Origin: Gemmatimonadaceae bacterium | GTDB lineage: Bacteria > Gemmatimonadota > Gemmatimonadetes > Gemmatimonadales > Gemmatimonadaceae | Assembly (NCBI GenBank): GCA_031359795.1 | Contig: JANMAM010000021.1 | Span: 8,542 to 72,541, forward strand | Reading direction: 5' to 3' | DNA length: 64,000 nucleotides | Shown: one piece after another, positions 20,095 to 29,212 of the stretch | Layout: each line of letters starts with the position of its first letter | Numbering within the stretch: position 1 is the stretch's first letter | The notes under the pieces: generated by a model | The model's database searches: none | What the model was told of the DNA's origin: nothing | The model's input: only the letters and a program-made list of their open reading frames with translations | Position numbers and translations under genes: made by a program

Positions 20095-22851
20095 TCAGCG
20101 AAGGGCCAACTCCTCACCGGGCTGGTGCATGAACGCGCTCAGTTCAGCGTCGCACCCGGCCCAGAGCCCCGCCGCCTGCCGGGCGTGCAGCGCGGCCTGT
20201 TCGCGATTCCCGAGCGTGTCGTGAATCTGCGACTGGCGGAAGTGTGCCGGCGCGAGGTAGATCAACTCATAGGGTGATGTCTCACCCAGCGTCGCGTACC
20301 AGGCCAGCGCCTCGTCGAGGCGCCCGGTCTCCCGCAGCAGCTCGGCGCGCAGGAATCGCTCGAGGGCGCAAGCGTAGAAAGGCGAAGTGATCGCCAGCTG
20401 GTACCAGATCTCGGGCTGCGGAAGCTCGAGCATGCCTAACGCTTCGCCGGAGCGGCCAGCCGCGCGTGCCACCTGGGCGCGAACGCTGCGCGCGAGGTAG
20501 CCGCCGAACGCCGCGGCACCAGCCGCCTCGCCTTCACGTTCGGCATCATCGGCGGCACGGAGCGCCCCCGCTGTCCGCCCGGCGGCGACCTCCAGGCTGC
20601 CGAGCAGGTACTGCCGCAGCACGGAATGCATGGCGTTATGAGACGCGAGCGCCTGGTTCCGATTCGTCGCCGCGCCCCCCGGGTTCCAGGCCACCAGCGC
20701 GGCGTGGGCACCGTTTCGTTCGGCGGCGCTGGGAGAGCGAAACGGAAGGAGTGCGAACAGCGCACGCATCTCGAGCGCCCACGCCTCGTCTATCGCGGCA
20801 GCACGCGACAGGTTCGCCAGCGCGCGCGACACCCGGCCTCGCATCAGGTCGAGATGCGCCGTGACGACGTGGCAAAGCGCCTTCGCTTCCGACGTCGGCG
20901 TCAGGCGGGTGACGATGCGCGCCAGCCGGTACGCGCCGGGAAGGTCGCGCGCGTAAACGACGATGTCGGTGAATGCGATTCCGACAGCGAGCGCCCGCGC
21001 TCGACCGAGGGCGGCGACGATCCGCACCTTCTCGATCTCGTTGCGCAGCGCGAATGCACGGAGCGCCCGCATGCTCAGTGCGCGATCCCCGACCGGACTG
21101 AGGGCGAGCACGCGCTCGACGAGGGCGTCGAGCTCCGCGCCACGGCCTTCGAATGCCGCTATTCGCGCGAGGTGAACGAGTGCGCTGAGATGGCCGGGCT
21201 CGTACCTCACCGCTCGCTCGAACGCCTGCCGCGCTTCGGCCATCGGGCGGCCGCGCCGCGGATTGTGGTGAAACAGAACGTCGCCGAGGAGAAACCACGC
21301 CTCGATATCGTCGACATGCGTTGCCAGCGCCGCTGCGTAGAGGCGCTCGGCTTCATCGGCCGCACCGCGCAGCCAGGCGCGCTGCGCGTCGATCAGCAAC
21401 CGGTCGTGCGCGCCGACGCGGTCGCGGCTGCGATGTGCCTGCTCCGACGCCTCGCGCGCCAGTTGCAGGTTCGCGGTCGCCGCCGCTGCCGCTGCGAGCC
21501 GATACCACGCCAGCGCGAATCCGGTATCTTCGGCCGCCGCATTCTGGAACGCCTCGAGCGACTGGAAATAGCGTCCCGCGCGGAACTCGCACTCGCCGCG
21601 CAGATACGCCTTCAGTGCCGGCAGGCATTCAGTTGTTCGCGCCGCGAGATTCGTGAGCCTCGCGGCCGGACCTGTCCCCTGGCCGCCGAGCAGGGCGCGG
21701 CCGAGCGTGTCCACCATGTCGAACAGCCCCTCTTCGCCACGGCCCGCCGCTTCGGCGTGGGCGAGCACGCTCTGATCGGCATCGTACAGCGTGACGTTGA
21801 TGCGGACGCGTGCCCCCGCCGAGACGATGCTACCCAGCACGAAGATGCCGGCGCCAAAGTGCCGCGCGATGCGCGCTCCCCACGCCGGATCCGCCGGCTG
21901 GCTGTCGTCGCGCGACAGGTATCCCAGGAGGGCACGTGGGTCCACTGCCCGCAGGTCGCCGGCGCCGTCGAGCGTCGTCGAAAGGAGGTCGACCATCCCC
22001 TCGCCGAGATAGGCGACATCCCGTGACCCGCGAACGCTGAATGGAAGCACGGCCACGACGTTAGGCGATGGCGTTGCGCCTCCACCGGAGGGCCCCGGCG
22101 GCGCGGGTGCCCGCGCTCGACCTGGCGGCTCGCTCGGTGTCGCTCGAATCGACGCGACGAGCGCGCGCGTTTCGCCGGACGGTTCAACCTCGTAGTCCGA
22201 GCGGAGACGCCTTGCGAGTTCGTCGTAGGTACGCAACGCGCCCGCGCGATCGCCGAGGTGCGCGAGGAGCGTAATGAGACGGCGATGCACGGGCTCGTCG
22301 TACGGAGCCCAGCCGGCGACGCGCTGGGCGCAGCGCGCCGCTTCTGATGGGTCAGTGGGTGCGAGTTCATCAGCGAGCAGCCAGCTGTTCGTCGTCGCGA
22401 GCGCGAGCAGGCGGGCGCGCTCGTTCTCGAGCCAGCGCTCGAACTCCGGCGCGCCGCTGATGTAGAAGCCATCGAGAAGCGCGCCCCGATACAGGTCGAG
22501 CGCTTCACCACGCTTGCCGGCGCTGAGCAGCGCCTCGAACGACGTCGTGTCGCACAGCAGCGCGTCCGCCGCGAGGCCGACTTCGTCGTCGCCACGGCCA
22601 ACGATGACATTCTCGCCGACTGCGCGCCGGAGAAAGTAGAGCGACCGGCGCAGTGCACCCCGCGCGTGCTCGGTGTCGAGGTCGGGCCAGAAGGTGGCGA
22701 GCAGCGTGTCCCGCCGGTGGAACCGCCGCGGCGTCGCGACCGCGAGAAAAGCGAGCAATGCCAGCCGCTTCGGCTGCTCGAGCACACGCCGCAACTCACG
22801 ACCATCGGCTCCGTGCAGCTCGAGAGCGCCTAACGTCCTGAGCTCGATCAT
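20095..22851 (-). CDS. BTAD/SARP-type transcriptional regulator with TolB-N-like and TPR regions
   Basis: The N-terminus MIELRTLGALELHGADGRELRRVLEQPKRLALLAFLA ... ERWLENERARL matches the winged-helix plus BTAD architecture. A VAVLPFSVRGS...YLGEGMVDLL segment and long TPR-like helical repeats follow. Confidence 0.75.
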   Translation of the reverse strand: MIELRTLGALELHGADGRELRRVLEQPKRLALLAFLAVATPRRFHRRDTLLATFWPDLDTEHARGALRRSLYFLRRAVGENVIVGRGDDEVGLAADALLCDTTSFEALLSAGKRGEALDLYRGALLDGFYISGAPEFERWLENERARLLALATTNSWLLADELAPTDPSEAARCAQRVAGWAPYDEPVHRRLITLLAHLGDRAGALRTYDELARRLRSDYEVEPSGETRALVASIRATPSEPPGRARAPAPPGPSGGGATPSPNVVAVLPFSVRGSRDVAYLGEGMVDLLSTTLDGAGDLRAVDPRALLGYLSRDDSQPADPAWGARIARHFGAGIFVLGSIVSAGARVRINVTLYDADQSVLAHAEAAGRGEEGLFDMVDTLGRALLGGQGTGPAARLTNLAARTTECLPALKAYLRGECEFRAGRYFQSLEAFQNAAAEDTGFALAWYRLAAAAAATANLQLAREASEQAHRSRDRVGAHDRLLIDAQRAWLRGAADEAERLYAAALATHVDDIEAWFLLGDVLFHHNPRRGRPMAEARQAFERAVRYEPGHLSALVHLARIAAFEGRGAELDALVERVLALSPVGDRALSMRALRAFALRNEIEKVRIVAALGRARALAVGIAFTDIVVYARDLPGAYRLARIVTRLTPTSEAKALCHVVTAHLDLMRGRVSRALANLSRAAAIDEAWALEMRALFALLPFRSPSAAERNGAHAALVAWNPGGAATNRNQALASHNAMHSVLRQYLLGSLEVAAGRTAGALRAADDAEREGEAAGAAAFGGYLARSVRAQVARAAGRSGEALGMLELPQPEIWYQLAITSPFYACALERFLRAELLRETGRLDEALAWYATLGETSPYELIYLAPAHFRQSQIHDTLGNREQAALHARQAAGLWAGCDAELSAFMHQPGEELALR

Positions 22852-23010
22852 CGGATCAAGGGTCGGAGAACAGGAGCAGCGGCGCGAGGCGTCGAGGTAA
22901 CGCCCGGGTCACGCTCGAGGCTACGGGCAGGCCACGGCCGGTCGAGAGGTTCCCCAACGTACGAGCCGCGACCGCGGCACTCAAGACCGCCCACTCGATC
23001 GGAGATCTCC

Positions 23011-23721
23011 ATGCGTCCAGCCACGAGCGCCGCGCCCCGCGAAATGGAAACATCGAACCCCCCACTCGTCCGGCCGCCGCGCAGGTCCCACCCCGACGGC
23101 GCAGTCAGATACGACTCCCGGAATTACGCGTTGCTGAACCGCCGGTTCGAGACTGCGCGTAACATGCGGCGCGTCGTTCGTTACCTCCGGCCTCGTTGCG
23201 GGGACCGACTGCTCGAGATTGGCTGTGGCCGCGGCTGGCTCACCCAGCGTGTCCAGGACCTCTGCCCGGCGACGTGCGGGGTCGATGTCAATCCGCAGTC
23301 GATCGCGCACGGGGTCACGTCAGGCCTGAGCGTTATGGACGCGGTGCAGCTCGACTTTGAGGATCAGCGATTCGACAAGCTCTACTCCCTTCACGCGATC
23401 GAGCACATCGTCGACGCGGAGTTGGCGGTCGCCGAGATGTTCCGCGTGCTCGTGCCGGGCGGGCGCGCACTCCTCGTGTATCCGGCCGAACTCATTCGCG
23501 GAATGTACGCCGTCCCCGGTGCGTGGCTGGGGTTCGGCAGTCCGCTGCTCGCCCGGAAGCTGCACGTTCACAAGTTCACCCCGTCGCGCATCCGCCGAGT
23601 CGCCGCCCTCGCCGGATTCCGGCACGTCGAGAGCGCGTTCGACCTTTTCTTCACTCCCCAGTTCATGACGGTGCTTGAGAAGCCGCAGGTCGAGCAAGCC
23701 GCGATAAGCCGTAGGCGGTAA
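23011..23721 (+). CDS. Class I SAM-dependent methyltransferase
   Basis: Motif I LLEIGCGRGWL, a post-I acidic residue and a Methyltransf_11-like layout (DKLYSLHAIEHI ... LVPGGRALLV). GGAGA lies 5 nt upstream of the ATG. Confidence 0.75.
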   Translation: MRPATSAAPREMETSNPPLVRPPRRSHPDGAVRYDSRNYALLNRRFETARNMRRVVRYLRPRCGDRLLEIGCGRGWLTQRVQDLCPATCGVDVNPQSIAHGVTSGLSVMDAVQLDFEDQRFDKLYSLHAIEHIVDAELAVAEMFRVLVPGGRALLVYPAELIRGMYAVPGAWLGFGSPLLARKLHVHKFTPSRIRRVAALAGFRHVESAFDLFFTPQFMTVLEKPQVEQAAISRRR

Positions 23722-23798
23722 GCAGCGAGCGAACGGCGTTGAAGGTGCGCAGCCTCAACGCCGTCCGCTCACCGCTAATGGCTAATGGCTAATGGCTG
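23704..23798 (+). repeat. Intergenic element copy A: hairpin plus (GCTAATG)3 heptamer repeat
   Basis: It starts inside the last codons of the methyltransferase gene (ATAAGCCGTAGGCGGTAAGCAG). A 12-bp stem lies at 23733-23764. Then CTCAACG...GCTAATGGCTAATGGCTAATGGCTG, with the tandem repeat at 23774-23797. It is related to the copy at 43515-43592. Confidence 0.75.
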
Positions 23799-23801
23799 CC
23801 C

Positions 23802-24233
23802 TCAGACGTTCAGCCGCTGATCGTAAGGCACCGACTCGCCGTGCTCGACGTGGCGCTTCAGCACTCGCAGGTACATTGCCCAGCAGAAGCTCGAGATCCG
23901 GTAGTGATCGTCAGGCACTCGCCAGCCGGTGTGTGCGAAACGAAGCCAGGTGCCGTTGTCGCGTTCCTCGAGATGGAAGGAGACGCGCGTATGCATCCAG
24001 TCGTCGTCGGCGCGCGTCATCTCAAGCTCGAACGAGCGGTCCTGGTCGCAATGCGCGACGCGCGCGCGCCAATCGTACTTCGGCCCGAAGTAGAGGTGGT
24101 AGTCGAGACCGACCACGGGGGTGCCTGACGAGCGCTCCGTCCACCAGCTGTCCAACCCGCGAGGAGTCGTGACGCTTTCGAACACGACCGCGGCCGAAGC
24201 CGCGATCGGAAAGTCGTGGAGGATGTCAGGCAT
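23802..24233 (-). CDS. SRPBCC/AHSA1-family small protein
   Basis: 143 aa starting MPDILHDFPIAASAAVVFESVTTPRGLDSWWTE, with the composition typical of Activator-of-Hsp90-ATPase-homolog-like SRPBCC proteins. The upstream part of the 426-aa track ORF is a shadow of the next gene. Confidence 0.65.
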   Translation of the reverse strand: MPDILHDFPIAASAAVVFESVTTPRGLDSWWTERSSGTPVVGLDYHLYFGPKYDWRARVAHCDQDRSFELEMTRADDDWMHTRVSFHLEERDNGTWLRFAHTGWRVPDDHYRISSFCWAMYLRVLKRHVEHGESVPYDQRLNV

Positions 24234-24241
24234 CGCGAAGA

Positions 24242-25183
24242 TCAAACCCGCAGCTTGCTCAGGTAGTTGTAGCTCGACTCGATCGACGCGAACGGACCGC
24301 CCGCGTAGTCCGCGGCGTTGTCGTGCTCGATGATGTAGTGCTTGATGCCCGCTTCCGTGCGATGCGCGAAGATCCGCTTCCAGTCGATGGTGCCGCTGCC
24401 CACCGGCACCATCTCGTTGTTCGGCGCGCCGCGCGAATCCTTCACGTGCACGAGCTGGAACCGGCCCGGGTGTTTCGCGAACCAGGCGAGCGGATCCTGC
24501 CCGGCCTTCGCTGCCCAGTAGAGATCCATCTCCATCGCGACGTACCTCGGATCGGTCTCGCCGACCAGCACCTCGTACGGCACGGTCCCTTCGACCAGCG
24601 CGAACTCGAAGTCGTGGTTGTGATATCCGAGTTTGAGGCCGGAGGCCGCCAGCTGGGCGCCGACATCGTTCATGCTCCGCGCGAGGTTGCGCCACTCGGC
24701 GAGCGTGCCACGCGACTTTTCCTCGACCCATGGGTTGATGATGTACGCATGGCCGATGGTTTTCGCCGCCGCGATTACCGCAGCCGGATTGGCTTGAAGC
24801 ATCTGGAGCGGGACGTGCGCGGACGGCGCGGTGAGCCCGTTCGCATCGAGCATCGCCCGCACCTGTTCCGGCGTCCGGTCGAAGTATCCCGCGAACTCCA
24901 CCTGCGTGTAGCCGGTGCGAGCGACGCGCGCGAGCGTCGCCGCCATGTCTCGCTTCATCTCGTCGCGCAGCGTGTAGAGTTGCAGGCCGATCGGCGCGAC
25001 CATCGAGCCGGCGCTCGCGCCTGCACCGGTGGCAATCGCGCTTTCGCCACCAGTGGCCGATCCGTTCGGCCCTCGCGCGCATCCGAAAACTCCCATCCCT
25101 CCTGCGGCGAGGGCAGCGCCGCCGAGGGTGGTGAGGAAGGCCCGCCGGTCTTGCGTTGCGGGGCGGTCAGTAGCGTCGGACAT
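24242..25183 (-). CDS. Xylose-isomerase-like TIM-barrel protein (sugar phosphate isomerase/epimerase family), TAT-exported
   Basis: Twin-arginine signal DRRAFLTTLGGAALAAG. IGLQLYTLRDEM...GYTQVEFAGYF is typical of this family. GGAGG lies 4 nt upstream of the ATG. Confidence 0.8.
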   Translation of the reverse strand: MSDATDRPATQDRRAFLTTLGGAALAAGGMGVFGCARGPNGSATGGESAIATGAGASAGSMVAPIGLQLYTLRDEMKRDMAATLARVARTGYTQVEFAGYFDRTPEQVRAMLDANGLTAPSAHVPLQMLQANPAAVIAAAKTIGHAYIINPWVEEKSRGTLAEWRNLARSMNDVGAQLAASGLKLGYHNHDFEFALVEGTVPYEVLVGETDPRYVAMEMDLYWAAKAGQDPLAWFAKHPGRFQLVHVKDSRGAPNNEMVPVGSGTIDWKRIFAHRTEAGIKHYIIEHDNAADYAGGPFASIESSYNYLSKLRV

Positions 25184-25331
25184 CGTGCCTCCGTGAGAGT
25201 TGGCGTGTTCGGCGCGAAGATGGCGCCCCCCGGGGCCGGGCGCAATGCGTCATCCACGCTCCCGCGCGCTCTCGCGGCGGGCAGAGGGGACTGGTACGTT
25301 ATCGGCCACACTCTTCACGGACTCCGCTTCC

Positions 25332-26084
25332 ATGACTCGTCACGCCGCATCGATAGTTCGCGCCACCGTCGTGTTGACCACCGCCGCCGCGATCGCCGGC
25401 TGCGTCACCCAGAAGTCGACGGCGAGCGATAGCGCCTCGCCTGACAGCACCAGAGCAACGACAGCCATGACTTCTTCATCGCCGGACACCGCATGGCGCT
25501 CGCTGATCGACAGCGCGGGCAGCGCGTGGCGCAGCTACAAGCAGCCGACCTTTCCGGCCAACTGGAAGGTCGCGGACGGAATGCTGACCAAAACCGGAAC
25601 CGCGGATGACCTGATCACGAAGGACGGGTTCGGGGATTTCGAGCTGGCCTGGGACTGGAAGCTCGGCAAGGCCGGGAACGCGGGTGTGTTCTATCGCGCG
25701 ACGGAGGAATACGCGAAGGTCTACTGGAGTGGCAGCGAGTACCAGCTGCTCGACGATGCCGCCCACGTCGACGCGACGAACCGCCGCACCGCGGCCGGCG
25801 CAAACTACGAACTCTACCCGTCGCCGGCCGGAGTCGTGAAACCGGCGAACGAATGGAACTCGTCGCGCATCGTCGCAAAGGGTCCGCACGTCGAGCACTG
25901 GATGAACGGACAGAAACTGCTCGAGTACGAGATGTGGAGCCCGGATTGGGAAGCGAAGGTCAAGGCGAGCAAGTTCAAGGACTGGAAGAATTATGGGCGC
26001 GCGAAGAGCGGCCACATCGCGATCCAGGGTGACCACGAGGGAACGCTCGCCATTCGCAACGTGCGCATCCGGGAGCTCCGATGA
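25332..26084 (+). CDS. DUF1080 (3-keto-disaccharide hydrolase-like) lipoprotein
   Basis: Lipoprotein signal [27 protein letters not shown]1080 blocks are present: W...[52 protein letters not shown] and GHIAIQGDH. The track ORF start at 25200 is rejected. Confidence 0.8.
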   Translation: MTRHAASIVRATVVLTTAAAIAGCVTQKSTASDSASPDSTRATTAMTSSSPDTAWRSLIDSAGSAWRSYKQPTFPANWKVADGMLTKTGTADDLITKDGFGDFELAWDWKLGKAGNAGVFYRATEEYAKVYWSGSEYQLLDDAAHVDATNRRTAAGANYELYPSPAGVVKPANEWNSSRIVAKGPHVEHWMNGQKLLEYEMWSPDWEAKVKASKFKDWKNYGRAKSGHIAIQGDHEGTLAIRNVRIRELR

Positions 26085-27370
26085 ACCCCGCAACTCGTAC
26101 CGTCGATACCACGCCTGGCGCGAGCAGCGGCGCGCGCAGCCGCCTCGCGGCAATGATGTTCCTTCAGTACTTCGTCTGGGGCGCGTGGTTCGTGACGATG
26201 GGGACCTACCTCTCACGAACGCTGCACTTCACCGATCAGCAGGTCGGCCTCGCGTATGGTGCGACCGCGATCGCCGCGCTCGTGTCTCCCTTCTTCATCG
26301 GAATGGTTGCGGACCGCTTCTTCGCGAGTGAGAAGCTGCTCGCGGTCCTCCACATACTCGGCGCGGTGCTGCTCTACCTCGTCTCGATGCAGACGCGGTT
26401 CGCGACATTCTATCCACTGCTGATCCTCTATGCGCTCTGCTACATGCCGACGCTGAGCCTGACGAATTCAATCTCCTTCCACCACGTCAAGGATCCGGCG
26501 CGGGAATTCCCGCTCATCCGCGTGCTCGGCACCATCGGATGGATCGTCGCCGGGATCATCGTCGGCAAGGTGCTCCACGCCGACGCGCTCGCGACACCGA
26601 TGCGCGTCGCCGCCGGTGCATCGCTCCTCCTCGGCATCTTCTCGCTCGTGCTGCCGCACACCCCGCCAAAAGCGTCCGGCGAGCCGTTCACCATCCGCGA
26701 TGCCTTCGGGTTCGACGCGCTCCACCTGCTACGCGATCGCACATTCCTGACGTTCGTCATCGGCTCGTTCCTGCTCTGCATACCGCTGCAGTTCTACTAC
26801 GCGTTCACGAACCCCTTCCTCAACGAAATCGGCGCGCCGGACCCCGCCTTCATCCAGACCTTCGGCCAGATGTCGGAGATCGGCTTCATGCTGCTCCTGC
26901 CGTTCGCGCTCCGGCGATTCGGCATTCGCGGCATCATGCTCGGCGGCATGCTCGCCTGGGCGCTCCGATATTTCGCGTTCAGCCGCGGCGATGCCGGGGC
27001 GGGGATGTGGCTCATCTACACCGGGATCCTCCTCCACGGCATGTCCTACGACTTCTTCTTCGTCGCGGGCCAGATCTACACTGACGAGAAGGCCGGTGCC
27101 CGCGTGAAGGGTGCAGCGCAGGGGTTGATCAACTTCGTCACGAACGGCGTCGGCTACTTCATCGGCGCGTACGTTTCAGGCCGGGTCGTCGAGGCGTACC
27201 GGACGACGTTGCCTGGCGGTGGAGCGGGGCACGACTGGCGCGCGATCTGGATAGTGCCCGCGGTGGCGGCTCTGGCTATCGCGATCGTGTTTGCGTTCCT
27301 CTTCCGCCCGAGAACAGCGGTAAGACCGGACGAACCCATCCGTCCGTCAACCGGACCCGTTACCGCGTGA
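26081..27370 (+). CDS. MFS transporter, nucleoside:H+ symporter-like family
   Basis: The N-terminus [20 protein letters not shown] is characteristic of the NupG/YegT-like MFS group. It has about 12 TM segments. ATGA start/stop overlap with the DUF1080 gene. Confidence 0.8.
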   Translation: MNPATRTVDTTPGASSGARSRLAAMMFLQYFVWGAWFVTMGTYLSRTLHFTDQQVGLAYGATAIAALVSPFFIGMVADRFFASEKLLAVLHILGAVLLYLVSMQTRFATFYPLLILYALCYMPTLSLTNSISFHHVKDPAREFPLIRVLGTIGWIVAGIIVGKVLHADALATPMRVAAGASLLLGIFSLVLPHTPPKASGEPFTIRDAFGFDALHLLRDRTFLTFVIGSFLLCIPLQFYYAFTNPFLNEIGAPDPAFIQTFGQMSEIGFMLLLPFALRRFGIRGIMLGGMLAWALRYFAFSRGDAGAGMWLIYTGILLHGMSYDFFFVAGQIYTDEKAGARVKGAAQGLINFVTNGVGYFIGAYVSGRVVEAYRTTLPGGGAGHDWRAIWIVPAVAALAIAIVFAFLFRPRTAVRPDEPIRPSTGPVTA

Positions 27371-27383
27371 CCCCTCCCGGGCC

Positions 27384-27559
27384 GGCTATGTCACTTCGAT
27401 GAGAGATGATCGAGGCTCCGATAAAGGGACTGCAGAGGAGCGACGAAACAACGATTGCGGTTACCTGCACACCCGTCGTTGCAGTACCGCCCGGCGGGTT
27501 CGCTCCTCTCTCAGCTCTTGATCGGATCCTCGATCATCTCTCATCGCAGTGACAGAGCC
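27384..27559. repeat. Long imperfect palindrome (about 176 nt) filling the convergent intergenic gap
   Basis: A perfect 19-bp inverted repeat, CGATGAGAGATGATCGAGG at 27397-27415, pairs with 27528-27546. Pairing extends outward to about 27384/27559. It extends inward through CTG-AGAGGAGCG (27430-27442) with CGCTCCTCT-CAG (27501-27514), and through CAACGA/TCGTTG (27449-54/27476-81). Confidence 0.8.
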
Positions 27560-27575
27560 AGTCCATGCGCACCGA

Positions 27576-29183
27576 TCAAAGCTCCCAGCCCTTCCGATAC
27601 TCTCTCGTCAGGAACGCGTTGGCCGCCGGAACGTTAGTCACGTTCATCGCCGCGCTGTCGTAGTAGATCTTCGCGCCCTGTCCCGCCCTCAGCGCCACGA
27701 GCCCGAGCAGCATCGTCTCCGTCAGCGCCGAGGCATATTCGAACGGCGCACTCGCCGTCGCCTCGCCCTTGCACGCCTGGGCGAAGTTCACTTCGTGCGG
27801 CACGAGGATCCGCGGCACCGTGCGCGGCACCGCCTCGGCCGCTGCCGTCAGCGACTCCGGGTAGACCTTTGGATCGTCCCCGTAGGTCGCGTACGTCAGG
27901 ATCCCCTTGTCGCCGACGAAGATGCCGCCGCCGCCGGCGGGGAGCTCGAGCTCGTCGGGATAAAACGGCACCCGCGGCGGAAGCAGGCCGCCGTCGTACC
28001 AGTGCAGCCGGACCGCCGGCCGCGTGCCGCGCGCCGCGAACTCGTAGTGCACCGTCGTCGCCAGCGGGTACGACGCGACCGCGAACGGGAGCCCGCCCCA
28101 CGGTGTCGATGACGCGGTGACGCTCGTCGGCTGATCGAGGCCGAGCGCCCAGTAGGGCTGGTCGAGCAGGTGCGCGCCCATGTCGCCTAACGCTCCGGTG
28201 CCGTAATCCACCCACCCCCGCCAGCTGAACGGGTGGTAAGCCGGGTGATAGGGAACAACCGGAGCGGGGCCGAGGAAGAGATCCCAGTCGAGGCCGTTAG
28301 GGACCGCCTGCGGGTCGGCGGCCATCGCCTTCAGCACCGCGTTGTCCACCGTGCGCATCCCCCACCGCGGCGGCGCGGGCGGGAGCGGCGCAGCAGCCGG
28401 GGGAACCCTCGCCGGAGGTGGTGTCTGCGCCGCCGTCTGTTGCTGGATGGTCTGCTGCTGCGCTGCCTTCTCTCGCGCCGCCTGCTGCGCCGCCTGCGCG
28501 ACGTCCTGACCGGGACGCGGAATTCCCTGCGCCCAGTAGCGCTGCGGCCGGTCGGTCCAGATGTGGACGTCGCGGACCGGGCCGATCACTCCTGCGCCAA
28601 TCAACTCGACGATCCGCCGCGTCCCCTCGCGGGAGTGCCCCTGGTTGCCCATCTGCGTCACGCGCTTCGTCTCACGCGCCGTCCTCGCCAGCAGCCGCGC
28701 TTCATGCACGGAGTAGGTCAACGGCTTCTGCACGTAGACGTGCTTGCCCGCGCGCATCGCCGCGACCGCGACCGCGGCGTGCGTATGATCGGGCGTCGCA
28801 ATCACCACCGCGTCGATGCCTTTCTCCTTCTCGAGCATCTTCCGGAAGTCGGTGTACCTTCGAGCCTTGCCGTATGCGTCCTTGAGGCGGAGCGCCAGCG
28901 GATTGACGACGCCGGTCGCCGGGTCCGGCCGGAGCCGGTTCGCCAGCTGCCGCTCGACGAAGGCAAAGTCGACGTCGCAGATCGCGACGATGTTCTCGTC
29001 GAGAAATTGCGACGCGTTCTCCATCCCCATCCCTCCCGCGCCGACGATTGCCACGTCGAGCCTGTCGCTCGGCGCCCGGTAGCCCCTCCCGCCGAGCACG
29101 AACCTCGGCACGATCATCACGCCTAACGCGGCCTTCGCGCCGTCCTCCAGGAAATCCCGGCGCGAGTAATCCTTTCCCGACAT
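27576..29183 (-). CDS. Gfo/Idh/MocA-family oxidoreductase, TAT-exported
   Basis: TAT signal SRRDFLEDGAKAALGVM, a Rossmann start VAIVGAGGMGM and a C-terminal alpha/beta domain. A Q/A/P-rich low-complexity insert (QAAQQAAREKAAQQQTIQQQTAAQTPPP) is present. The ATG at 29181-29183 is preferred (AAGGTG upstream); the alternative is the GTG at 29192. Confidence 0.8.
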   Translation of the reverse strand: MSGKDYSRRDFLEDGAKAALGVMIVPRFVLGGRGYRAPSDRLDVAIVGAGGMGMENASQFLDENIVAICDVDFAFVERQLANRLRPDPATGVVNPLALRLKDAYGKARRYTDFRKMLEKEKGIDAVVIATPDHTHAAVAVAAMRAGKHVYVQKPLTYSVHEARLLARTARETKRVTQMGNQGHSREGTRRIVELIGAGVIGPVRDVHIWTDRPQRYWAQGIPRPGQDVAQAAQQAAREKAAQQQTIQQQTAAQTPPPARVPPAAAPLPPAPPRWGMRTVDNAVLKAMAADPQAVPNGLDWDLFLGPAPVVPYHPAYHPFSWRGWVDYGTGALGDMGAHLLDQPYWALGLDQPTSVTASSTPWGGLPFAVASYPLATTVHYEFAARGTRPAVRLHWYDGGLLPPRVPFYPDELELPAGGGGIFVGDKGILTYATYGDDPKVYPESLTAAAEAVPRTVPRILVPHEVNFAQACKGEATASAPFEYASALTETMLLGLVALRAGQGAKIYYDSAAMNVTNVPAANAFLTREYRKGWEL

Positions 29184-29212
29184 TGAAGTCACCTTGGCTG
29201 AGTGAGCGCTGC

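Noticed and set aside
24234-25082. The upstream 283 codons of the 426-aa ORF 23802-25082.
   Set aside because: They run through the TIM-barrel gene in another frame. The real product is the 143-aa SRPBCC protein starting at ATG 24231-24233.
27420-27520. A tRNA-like or T-loop-like GGTTCGCTCC inside the large palindrome.
   Set aside because: No acceptor stem, anticodon arm or D-arm can be drawn. The sequence is part of the long hairpin.
22836-28185. A 5.3-kb stretch without any CGTTAGG/CCTAACG copy, considered as evidence of a horizontally acquired island.
   Set aside because: With a mean spacing of about 1.3 kb and 50 gaps, one gap of this size is not clearly improbable. I saw no integrase, tRNA or obvious compositional break.
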